64,000 nt of DNA from the IMG/VR virus record IMGVR_UViG_3300032227_001172, positions 32,001-96,000 of that record, one strand, 5' to 3'. The translations under genes and the position numbers were made by a program. The notes under the pieces are model-generated. The model was not told the origin of the DNA and ran no database searches. It saw only the letters and a list, made by a program, of their open reading frames with translations. Position 1 is the stretch's first letter, and every line of letters starts with the position of its first letter. Below are positions 41,397-51,700 of the stretch, one piece after another. This DNA is from a virus (lineage: Duplodnaviria > Caudoviricetes).

Positions 41397-44300
41397 CTAA
41401 GAAAATGTAAAAAGTTTAGTGCTTGGTTTACTATACATCAAAACCCTATTAAGTAATTTAGCTGAATTTTGATATGCTCTTTGATAATTTTTAATAAATT
41501 CACGACTTGTTTTCTGTATATTATCTGCTTGTTCTTTATTAAAGAAACCAAGTTTTCTACTAAATGCTCTCATCTCATATCTGGTTGTTATGCCGTTAGC
41601 CCCAATAGAAACATTAATACTAGTTACAATAGGAGAATAGTCTCCAGCAAATAATCTATAGCCTAATCTTGTATTACTTAATTGAATACCAGCCAAAGTT
41701 AAACTGCCATATTCTAAAACCTGTTGAAAATTATTATTCTCTGCCACTTTTTTAAGTGCGGCAGCATCTAGAGCCAACATTCCTCCATACTCCCATGGTA
41801 CTAAGCTATCATCAATTTGTACGTCAACACCACCAGCTAAATTATTAACCATAGCTATATCTAAATTATTTTCCCTTAATCCTGGAAAAACAATATTTTT
41901 AATAATTCCTGGATGAGATACCCATGGACCATAACACATTAAATTATTTTTAATAGGAATAGCAGCAAATACAGGCATAGCAGCTCTATTAGCTATAGAA
42001 GATGATGTTCCTAGATCTAAACGACTAGAATTCACTAAGTTCATATATAAATCTAATAATATTTGATTGGATCTACCACTAGAAGCTCTAGCAGAACCCA
42101 TTGTTCCTCCTAGTGGACTAACAACACTATCAAGTTCTGCAGGGCTTTCGTCTCCAAATAAAGCCCAACAAACTATTTCTTCTATATTAGCATTAAGATG
42201 TTGTTTAATTTGAACGGGGGATGGGGTTTTTAGTACTACTCTGGGCGTTCCTTCTACTAATAAAAGATGTGGATTATCTATATTGTCTGGATTTTCATTA
42301 GCTATAGAACTTTTAACATATAATTTATATTTTTGATCACTATTTGGAGAAAAGCCGTGGGCAGTTACACCAGCAGGAAATGGAGAAAAAACAATCTGTG
42401 ACATACCTTGAGGCATTGGAGATTGAAAAGAGGCATATGGAATCATAGCAAAGCTGTTTTCCGGCAGTTGATGCACTAGTGGGAAATACCAGTTATTTCT
42501 GCCAGCTGCAGTATCTAAGTTAGCTTGTATAGCCATATAGGATCTTTGTAAATTACTCAAGTCATTAAATTTTTGATAACCTACAGGTAAGTCTGTAAAT
42601 GGTTTAAAATATTCTGCCATATTATCAAAAGCCAACATTGGTCCAAATTTACCTTGTTCGTCAGCAAAAGATGTTGCTATCTGTGAACCGACTTGTACAG
42701 TATCATCTATGGTGTTACCGGCTTCCTCCCAAGCTCCATCACAAACTTCATAATTAAATCTTGTTTTACCAGTATTGTCTACATACCAATTAATTGATGG
42801 CATTCTAACAGCATATGCTTTTCCATAATATTGATCTCCCAAACTTTTAACAAATCCATGAATACTACGTAATAGTTTTTGACAATCACTATGTGCTTCA
42901 TAATATTGTTGAGATGTTAAATTATGGATTAACTGACCAGATGGATCGTCCCAACGACGATTGGGAAAAATCACACCCATATAACGCATAGTATTTACAA
43001 AACCAGCATAGTTTGCATATTTATCATACGCTAAACCTGTTTTAAAAATAGCTGCAGCAAAAGGAGGAAAAAAGGCGCGCGCCCAATAATCATAAATAAT
43101 TCTAGATAATGCTGTTGGATAATTATACGAAGCTCTAACAAGATGGTAATTCCACCATGTACTAAAAGGATCATCTCCTACTCCATCATCGGATCCCATA
43201 GCGTGTCTGATTTCACTCTCAGTAATAACAAATTTACCATATCCAACATCCCCTCCTGTTGGCGTACCAAGTAGATTCCATGGAGAAAAACTAATTTGCC
43301 CAGGATAATACATTTGAACCGATTGACCCGCAGAAGACCAATTTCCATTATTTATATCATATGATGTTGGAAATAGAGATTGTATATCTCTAAAATCTAT
43401 AACTAGTTGCATCTCTCTAGTTTTATTATCAAAATAAACCCTCCTTACTTCTCCATTATTGCTTTTGCCAAAATATGGAGAAATAATATCTTTATATAAT
43501 GGATAACTATTATTAAGATTAATTGAAGAACCAGTATTTAAGATTGGTTTTTTGATCTTGAAATATGAACCCCTATTAATATTCATTTGACCATATGGAC
43601 TTTGTTCAGTATAAGTCCAAAAATCCGAATTGGTCTGTGCTGTAACACTACCACTATAATCTGATTTCCATGTGGCTCCGTCGAATGGGCGTTGATTATT
43701 ATGATCCGGCATCCTATATGTATTATTACTATTACCAGCCCTCTGATATGCTTCATTCATAACGGATGCAGTATCAACAAAATGATTCAACATAGGCTCG
43801 AAGATTTTGGCGTGTCTAAATCTACTATAGGTGTGAGATGTAAATTGATGTAATCTTTGTTGTGGACCACCTACTAAAATAGATCTAGTCTTCGTATCAT
43901 TGTACTCCTCACCAAAATTATAATCAACTACTTTATCTGCTGCTGTAAAATTTAAGATAAAATCTTTAATTGTATTTGGTAATGCTTGTATTCTGCGAGA
44001 TATTGTTCTAACAATAATACAACCAGAGTAATTACTAGAAACAAGATCTGGTTCAAAATCAAGAACAAATTCATAGCCAGCATTTTCACAACAAAAATCT
44101 ATAAAAGAAATCAAATCCATGGTGTCATTATTTAAATACATATTATTTGGTGGCCTTGGAACATTACTTAAATCTAATCTTAGTAATGATCTTGGCAATT
44201 CATCAACAGCTATTGGACACCTAATTAGTCCTAGGGCAGTAAACGCTATCGCAGGACTGGTGGGTCTAGGCATACCGTTTGGTCCGGTAGTTTCAGCATA

Positions 44301-45320
44301 TATTGTCTGATAGGGATCGATTAATAAGCCAGTATCTCTACGCAAGGGCGTTTTAGCTACAATAGCTCCGTATGGATTAAATTGATTTTGTTGTCTATTT
44401 ATACTATTTAATAGAGTTACAATAGCATCATAAACTAATCCGGCAGAAATACCTCGATCTGGCACATATCCACTATTACCAAAACCTTGGCTTTCTAGCC
44501 AACCAAAAATATTAAATACATTAGGAATATTACCCTGATAAATACTACCTTTATAACTATCAGGATTATATAAATTATATGTTCTATCAACTGGTATATC
44601 AGTATCTCCATATGGAACAGCTAATGGTTGTCCATTCTCTAAAGCATCCTCTGTATTACCTATGACAGTACTAATACTTCCATAGTATTTTTGTAAAATT
44701 AATACACAGCCCTTAAGCAACGAACTAAAGCCATTGATTTCTACTGTATATTTACCATTATTATATTTCCAATTTTTGATCATGCCACCGAACCAAACAT
44801 CTGCATAACGAAAAAACGTAGGACATCCAATAATATCGAAATCGGCATCTCCTAAATAATGATTTTTATTACCTAAGAATCCAGGATCATAGCTCAACCA
44901 ATCTAAAGCATTGGCTGAGATATCAAAAGTTTTCCAGCATTTTTTACCAGTATTTTTTAAATTAGTATTATTTTGAGTCAAAATATCATCGTATCCTGAA
45001 TTTTGCCATTTTTGATATTCTTTTGACACAATAGTTCTTTGTAGATTCTTTCTTGTGTCATTGGTGCCCATAAATGCTCTAGATTGAGTATCCTGAGTTG
45101 CTCCATCATTGTTGTGTAAACTAGTGATGGACGTGTCCATAGTGTTAAATACTGGATCAGAAGGATGAGCCGAATAATCTGTTGCTAAATTTACAGTACA
45201 ACTACTAGTCTCTCCTCCCCAACCCATATTCATACTAAAATCTACAACACTACACCCTAAATATAATGTTTGAGAAAATGGTCCTACTGCTTGATAAGCA
45301 TAATTACATGGTGTAGTCAT
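41397..45320 (-). CDS. Putative baseplate hub / tail-tip protein (1307 aa)
   Basis: N-terminal YLGCSV..FS..MGWG...S..TV.L and C-terminal VTSINVSIG.NGITTRYEM beta pattern typical of hub proteins; position downstream of the tape measure gene. Confidence 0.55.
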   Translation of the reverse strand: MTTPCNYAYQAVGPFSQTLYLGCSVVDFSMNMGWGGETSSCTVNLATDYSAHPSDPVFNTMDTSITSLHNNDGATQDTQSRAFMGTNDTRKNLQRTIVSKEYQKWQNSGYDDILTQNNTNLKNTGKKCWKTFDISANALDWLSYDPGFLGNKNHYLGDADFDIIGCPTFFRYADVWFGGMIKNWKYNNGKYTVEINGFSSLLKGCVLILQKYYGSISTVIGNTEDALENGQPLAVPYGDTDIPVDRTYNLYNPDSYKGSIYQGNIPNVFNIFGWLESQGFGNSGYVPDRGISAGLVYDAIVTLLNSINRQQNQFNPYGAIVAKTPLRRDTGLLIDPYQTIYAETTGPNGMPRPTSPAIAFTALGLIRCPIAVDELPRSLLRLDLSNVPRPPNNMYLNNDTMDLISFIDFCCENAGYEFVLDFEPDLVSSNYSGCIIVRTISRRIQALPNTIKDFILNFTAADKVVDYNFGEEYNDTKTRSILVGGPQQRLHQFTSHTYSRFRHAKIFEPMLNHFVDTASVMNEAYQRAGNSNNTYRMPDHNNQRPFDGATWKSDYSGSVTAQTNSDFWTYTEQSPYGQMNINRGSYFKIKKPILNTGSSINLNNSYPLYKDIISPYFGKSNNGEVRRVYFDNKTREMQLVIDFRDIQSLFPTSYDINNGNWSSAGQSVQMYYPGQISFSPWNLLGTPTGGDVGYGKFVITESEIRHAMGSDDGVGDDPFSTWWNYHLVRASYNYPTALSRIIYDYWARAFFPPFAAAIFKTGLAYDKYANYAGFVNTMRYMGVIFPNRRWDDPSGQLIHNLTSQQYYEAHSDCQKLLRSIHGFVKSLGDQYYGKAYAVRMPSINWYVDNTGKTRFNYEVCDGAWEEAGNTIDDTVQVGSQIATSFADEQGKFGPMLAFDNMAEYFKPFTDLPVGYQKFNDLSNLQRSYMAIQANLDTAAGRNNWYFPLVHQLPENSFAMIPYASFQSPMPQGMSQIVFSPFPAGVTAHGFSPNSDQKYKLYVKSSIANENPDNIDNPHLLLVEGTPRVVLKTPSPVQIKQHLNANIEEIVCWALFGDESPAELDSVVSPLGGTMGSARASSGRSNQILLDLYMNLVNSSRLDLGTSSSIANRAAMPVFAAIPIKNNLMCYGPWVSHPGIIKNIVFPGLRENNLDIAMVNNLAGGVDVQIDDSLVPWEYGGMLALDAAALKKVAENNNFQQVLEYGSLTLAGIQLSNTRLGYRLFAGDYSPIVTSINVSIGANGITTRYEMRAFSRKLGFFNKEQADNIQKTSREFIKNYQRAYQNSAKLLNRVLMYSKPSTKLFTFS

Positions 45321-45338
45321 AGTCTATCCTATAATATC

Positions 45339-46991
45339 TTAATAATCTGGACATTTAGTATAATTCCAACTTTTAGTACACACAATTTTATTCTCTGTTA
45401 AAAAAATTTGTTGACTATCTTCTTGAAGATTGCCAGTAAAAGGAGGTAATGGCTGATATGATAATAATGTATTATCTATAGCATTAATAATTCCTTGAGG
45501 AAAACTATAACCCTTTAAACCGGTTTCACGAGGAAAAACGGCCTCATAAGACACTGTCCTATTTCCTATACCACTGCTACCATAATATTCATACACTAAT
45601 GGACCCAATCTTCTGCCTAAAATTTGAATTTCTTGTACTCTTATAGACGGTAATTTTTCTGTAAAAGAAAACGTTTCTGATATTGCCCCTGTCATTATAG
45701 ATAATGGTCTAGAGTCGTATTCTGCTTGGTATGTGATTTTACCTTCAAATGGATATAAAGACTCTGTTAGAGATAATGGCAATGGATTTAATGGTCTAGT
45801 TTTATAATTACCGAAATAATTTTGTCCATCCCAATCAGAGGATATTAAATTAGTTGTGCTAGTATTATATGCTAATGCTCTATTAAATATATTAGAACGA
45901 ACTATATTATATCCACTAACAGCATTCATATATTTACTCTTTCCCATAGCCAGATTCGAACCCCCAATATTATAAGTAAATAAATTAGTTTTACCATTAT
46001 CTGCAGCATAACCATTTATTCCAGTAATTGCTGGATAAATATCTAATTTTCCACTAGTGCTATTAGGCACACCATTAGTAGTAGAAATATCAATATTTCT
46101 AGAATCATAAATACCAGTAGCCGGCTCTAAACCTTGTATAAAACCATTAATAGAAATTGTGCGATTAAATTGATAATCAATAGCAGTTGTAATAGAATAA
46201 TTATCTATCCACGGATATCCGCTTTTAGCAATAAAACTATCTGTAATAGTATAACTTCCTCCAGGTTCATCTACAGAAATTTCTCTTTCTTGGTTATACA
46301 ATAGGAAGTCGGACGTTCTAAACATACCAGTTAATGGTGCCGCTGCTTGTCTATCGATTACCCATTGTTTAGCATGATATAATGCTCCGCTAGTGGAAGT
46401 AATACGTTTTCCTACGGCGCCAATGGTTCTTGTTAATTTATAAACTGGAATATATTTATCTTGATATAAATATTTATCATTATCTATCAGCTGTAAATTA
46501 TATGTATCTGTAACACTAGTAACATAATGTCCACCATCTTTTGTTAAATAACTACCACTACCAGAAGAATAAACCTTTAAAACTATACTATAGTCTATAC
46601 TATTTCTCCAATTATTTTCATTTTCTTTAAAAGAAATAGAATCTATAATAGCAGTATCATTAATCAAATAATTATCAGATTGCCGGTTAATTAAATATAT
46701 TTTTAAACCACTATGATTATTTTGTAATATTTTGTCATGTAAACCACTAGCTAATAGAAATAATCCATTGACTGTAGTATCTTTTTGAGATGCTGTGGGC
46801 GCAGATGTTTGATTTTGCACCGTTTTTCTTGCAGCATAGCACATACCATCAAGAGTAATAGTCTTTTCAGACATTAAATAGTCGCCAGCTGGCGTGCGCA
46901 CCTGATTCGTGCTTACGGACAGATTAGGGGTGGGATAACCACTTGCCGATAAAAAGTCAAAATTGCCATAACTAATACGTATGTCTGCCAT
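45339..46991 (-). CDS. Putative tail/baseplate protein, paralog of 46993-48735
   Basis: Shares colinear motifs with the neighbouring gene (YGNFxF, TR.lGA.G, ITD.F, G.IQGL, LNP.P, RTV.Y.A.F, WNY). Confidence 0.55.
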   Translation of the reverse strand: MADIRISYGNFDFLSASGYPTPNLSVSTNQVRTPAGDYLMSEKTITLDGMCYAARKTVQNQTSAPTASQKDTTVNGLFLLASGLHDKILQNNHSGLKIYLINRQSDNYLINDTAIIDSISFKENENNWRNSIDYSIVLKVYSSGSGSYLTKDGGHYVTSVTDTYNLQLIDNDKYLYQDKYIPVYKLTRTIGAVGKRITSTSGALYHAKQWVIDRQAAAPLTGMFRTSDFLLYNQEREISVDEPGGSYTITDSFIAKSGYPWIDNYSITTAIDYQFNRTISINGFIQGLEPATGIYDSRNIDISTTNGVPNSTSGKLDIYPAITGINGYAADNGKTNLFTYNIGGSNLAMGKSKYMNAVSGYNIVRSNIFNRALAYNTSTTNLISSDWDGQNYFGNYKTRPLNPLPLSLTESLYPFEGKITYQAEYDSRPLSIMTGAISETFSFTEKLPSIRVQEIQILGRRLGPLVYEYYGSSGIGNRTVSYEAVFPRETGLKGYSFPQGIINAIDNTLLSYQPLPPFTGNLQEDSQQIFLTENKIVCTKSWNYTKCPDY

Positions 46992-46992
46992 T

Positions 46993-48735
46993 TTAAAGCC
47001 TTGTTCTATGCCAGTATCTTAATTCATAATTCCATGTTAAGTTTTTTGTAAAAGATCCTCTAAGAGGATCGAAATTTTCCGTTTGATCTCTTATCCAACT
47101 ATAATAGTAGTATCTGCCTCTTAAGGCTAAGGGAACAGATGCTGGATTTAATTTATTAGGATTAAACTCTTCTATAATATCATTAATTTTATTAATAATA
47201 TTGATATTTAAATAAGAAAAAGATCCTTGAGGTATAAATGTTGCAGAGTACGTTACAGTTCTGCTGGGTAATGAGTATGTTCCTAAATCTTGTAATAATG
47301 GCATTCGGCCAAAAACTACTTGTGATGCATATTGTCTGGTAGCAAAATCATCTTTAACATCTAAACTTTCATTAAAAGCTCCAGGTATTAAATTTAATGG
47401 TCTGGCATCAAACGTAAAAGTATAGTCTATAGCACCTTCTGGGATTTTATGATCTATATTAACATTTATAGGCGTTGGATTTAACCATCCGCTTAGATTT
47501 CGAAATAAAGGCTGAGTAGAATTTTCTAGACTTAATCGATAAGTATTGATAAAACCACCACTAGGAAATATACTAGATACACAACGATGGTATGGTATTT
47601 TTTGAACCATAAATTGATCTAAAAATCCACTAGCAGCTCTGTAAGCAGCTAAACTATCTGATGTATATGTTGAAAATAAATATTTAGATTTCATATTAGT
47701 GTTGTCAGCATTAAAAATATCCCAATATAAACCACTATTAGTAGTATCCACAGTTTTTAATCCTTGGATACTTCCTTGTATGGTTACTGTTCTAGCAAAA
47801 TTATTATCTACAGAATTTTGAATATTAAAAACTTCACTAAAAGGTTGGGGTGGTCTACCGCTATATGCTGTGAATGTATCAGTAATACCATAACGACCAT
47901 CTATATCACTAGCATCAATAACTGTTGATCTATCATATATAGTTAGATTATTTAAAATAGTATAAATACTATTATCATAAAATAATAATCCAGTAACGAA
48001 CGATTTAGCATTTTGTAAAGCTGTGCTTCGTGGATTTGAGGTATTGGGCTTGGTAGCCCTACCAGTAGCCCCTAATCTTCTGGTAATAGTATAGCCAGGA
48101 TATCTGTCTCCTGTAGCATATGGAAAATACGTGCCACTAAAAGAATTACTAAAATTAGCACCAACACTAGTTGGATCTGACATGTAGTAATTATTATCTG
48201 TTAATGGCGTAATAGTATAATTATTTTCAATAGTAGATACATAATATGGTTCTCTAGCCAGTTTAGGTATATAGCCTATAGCTCCTGTGGTATCTACTTC
48301 TAAATCAATAGTATAATCAATAACCTGTGACCAATTATTATCGGAACCATTACTAAATTCTATTCTATTAACTCTACTACTTTTAGGATTTATATTATTG
48401 CTATGAAAATTCCAAATATCATTATTATTACATTGTATTTTAAGTTCTTCATAATCAGAACTAAAACCACTTTCAATAATTTTTATTTGTTGAATTAATG
48501 TATTCCAAGACGTATCAATATTTAGAGTTTGTAATTGAGATCTACTATAATTTGTATTATCATTTAATGGCTTATCTCCGGTAGCAATAATTCTACCATT
48601 TAATGAGATATTCAATGTATTACCCAGTAACGCACCAGCATCTGTGGTGGCCAAATTAGTATTAATAGATATTGTGGGTATACTTAAATTATTTGCCTGG
48701 AAACTAAAATTTCCATACTTAATATCCGTAGCCAT
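46993..48735 (-). CDS. Putative tail/baseplate protein, paralog of 45339-46991
   Basis: Same shared motifs as the neighbour; AAGGA RBS. Confidence 0.55.
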   Translation of the reverse strand: MATDIKYGNFSFQANNLSIPTISINTNLATTDAGALLGNTLNISLNGRIIATGDKPLNDNTNYSRSQLQTLNIDTSWNTLIQQIKIIESGFSSDYEELKIQCNNNDIWNFHSNNINPKSSRVNRIEFSNGSDNNWSQVIDYTIDLEVDTTGAIGYIPKLAREPYYVSTIENNYTITPLTDNNYYMSDPTSVGANFSNSFSGTYFPYATGDRYPGYTITRRLGATGRATKPNTSNPRSTALQNAKSFVTGLLFYDNSIYTILNNLTIYDRSTVIDASDIDGRYGITDTFTAYSGRPPQPFSEVFNIQNSVDNNFARTVTIQGSIQGLKTVDTTNSGLYWDIFNADNTNMKSKYLFSTYTSDSLAAYRAASGFLDQFMVQKIPYHRCVSSIFPSGGFINTYRLSLENSTQPLFRNLSGWLNPTPINVNIDHKIPEGAIDYTFTFDARPLNLIPGAFNESLDVKDDFATRQYASQVVFGRMPLLQDLGTYSLPSRTVTYSATFIPQGSFSYLNINIINKINDIIEEFNPNKLNPASVPLALRGRYYYYSWIRDQTENFDPLRGSFTKNLTWNYELRYWHRTRL

Positions 48736-48748
48736 GTATATTCCTTAA

Positions 48749-51700
48749 TTATGTGTCAGAATTTCCAAAATTTACTCCAGAAGGCATAAACACTTGATTG
48801 ATATCAACTGTCACTGACCATAAGCCATTGTAAGAAGGTCTGCCGTTGGCGATAATGGCTAGTCTTTGAACATTAGCATTATCTCCAGCATTTTCTATCC
48901 TAACAGTAATAGGATCAGTAGAGCTATAATCTACCCCAGTATATCTCTTTTGTGGATGACTCTCAGAACCAAGCTTAGTAGTAGTACGACTACCATCACT
49001 ATTTCTATAGCTTAATACTGCTCCGTTTACTTCTCCAGCCACAGCACCAAAACCATTAGCGGTATTATTATTGAATATAGCACTATAATTAATAGTGTAA
49101 TTCCAAACCAAACTTCTATTATGATCAGTAGCCGCTCCACTATTGTCTTCTGTAGTATATTGCAAACTAATCGTATTATTAATAGCAGCAGTTGTTGATG
49201 TATCTTTATGCCAGTTAGATAATAATTCACTAGGATTATCTGCTAATGTTCTACCTCTAAGATAGAATTGATTCAATTGAGATGATCCTCTCATACGATC
49301 AAAATTAGCATTACCCGGACTAGCAAAACCGCCACCGCCAAATACATGATTATTGTAACACGAATTAAGACTAAGAGCATTTCCAAATTCTAAACCGGCA
49401 GTAGCATCGGTACTACCACCATCAGCTGGTTGTACTAAACGTACGCCTCTAGCCTGAACCCATTTAGAACCATCCCATGCTAGAATTAATCCATTATCAG
49501 TAGAACCTAAAGTAACCTGATTGGCATTCCTTGTATCCAAACGAACGGTAACTATTTCGTTTTGACTATCTGTTGTAACTCTGAGAGGATGAATACCACT
49601 AAATTGATATGACAAATCAATAGTGTCTAATCCAACATTACCAGCAGCATCTGTAATCTTTAAATATTTATTAACAGAATTATCACCAGCTAAATCTTTG
49701 CCTCCAGCCGATAATTGTAGCGAAGATATTCTGAGTTTACCATCCACCACTAATTTACCAGCTTCGTACCAATATTTTGTATCTGATGTAGAAGATACTT
49801 TCCAATTATTATCTACCGTATCTACATTAATACCGAATGACCCAGTATTAGCATCGTACTGCAAGCCCTTTTTTGTCCCAGCTTGTCCACTACTAACAAC
49901 AATAAATCGATTGCCTCCAATACCAGCATTATTAAATACAGTATTAACACCATTACTAGAACCAAGAATAATATTGTTGTATGTATTAGATGCGCCTTGC
50001 ACTAATGAAACATTGGCCTGTAATGGTGGTTCGCCAGTAGTGCCTATGGTAACGGCTTGAGAATCTGCATAATATCGTAAAGCATTATTTCCAGTAGAAG
50101 CATAATTACTGCTATTAAACAATAAAGAATGTCTATCAAAAGATTGACTCACTAAATTACCAATATTATTGACTCTTAATACTGTTCCTGTTAAATTCAC
50201 AGGTAAATTCACACCATCAACAATTTTCATCTGTTTGAAAATACCAGAAACACCAGTTACGTTATGAATACGAATAGCATTATCTTTAACTTCTGTCTTG
50301 ATCAAATAAATACTATTATCTCCATTTACTTCATCCTGAATACCACTTCCCTTTAATACAAACTGATACCCCCAATCACTAGCTACATTATTTAGATATA
50401 ATCCAGATTGATTGATAATTAAAGCTTTTTCTTCAACTGAGCCAGCAATCAAATTAAAATCATTCTGTAAATCTCTATCCGCTCTGAGATAAGAAAGTTC
50501 TTTTGTTCCAGTATTAAAGATTAATTCTCTAACACCGCTACCAACATCTTGATTCACCATAAACAACAAGCCACTATTTTGTCCAGACAGATTTACTGGT
50601 AAATCCCATGTGGCGTTACCATTAGCGTCAGCATGAAGTGTATAACCGGCAACTGTTCCAAGTCCAACTCTTAGATTACGTGTAGTTAATACTCCGCTAA
50701 CGTCTAATGTTGATCTTGGATTTGTAGTATTAATACCCACTTCATTATTAGATAAATCTAAATAAAGTACTCTACTATCATTACCATTACCAGGAGCAGC
50801 ACTATTGAAATATACATTTGTTTGATAAAGACCAGTATTAAAAATAATTGCATCATTATTAAATACTAATTTATTTCTGTTATTAGTACCAATTTGTACA
50901 GCGTTGTTAAAGTAACCACTGATATTATTGCCGATAACTAGATGATTAACGCCGGATATCGCGTTTCTATAACCAATGACCAACCCGCTACTATGAGTAT
51001 GCTTATTATTATCTCCTAAAATAATATTTGTATTACCATATCTAGGATTATTTACTAAATCGTCTTCGTCATTTCCATTTTGATATGCTAAAACATAACC
51101 TGATGAATATCCAGCAAACAAATTAGCAAAACATTCTGAACATGGATTTTGACCATGAATAATATCATCAAAAGTATTTTTAACATAATATTCAATAGTA
51201 TTAGTAGAAGATATTGTGCTATCTACTATTAGTGTAGTTGTAAAATTAGAACCTAAATTTTCTTTAATAACACCTAGTGGCTCTTCTGTAAGAGGATCTG
51301 TACCATCTAAAATAGATCTTATAAATACTGGCGTATCTTGTGAAGCAGGAGAGTATAGGCCTACTAAAACTCTATCTCCTCCATTAAAAGCTGTGATATC
51401 TCCTATTATTACAACATTAGTTCCAGACACCATACAAGGATATCTTACTAAACCAACAGTATTATTTTTACCATAAATTAAGTTATTAACACCATAAATT
51501 TCATTATCGAAACCTATACTCAAACCACTTACAACCACTTCATTATTACCTATAACAATATTGTTATTGCCAAAAATTTGATTGCGCTTAGTAGTAGAAG
51601 TATTAAAAGATATCGAAGAATTACCTAATATATCATTTTTAGCACCTATAGCGGTGTTGCTATCTCCAACAACAAAATTACTATTACCAAAATTTTGAAT

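Noticed and set aside
41378-41399. TAG read-through or stop-codon reassignment fusing the 1307-aa and 533-aa genes
   Set aside because: The downstream ATG is in a different frame and has its own AAGGA RBS. Genes across the window are full-length under the standard code.
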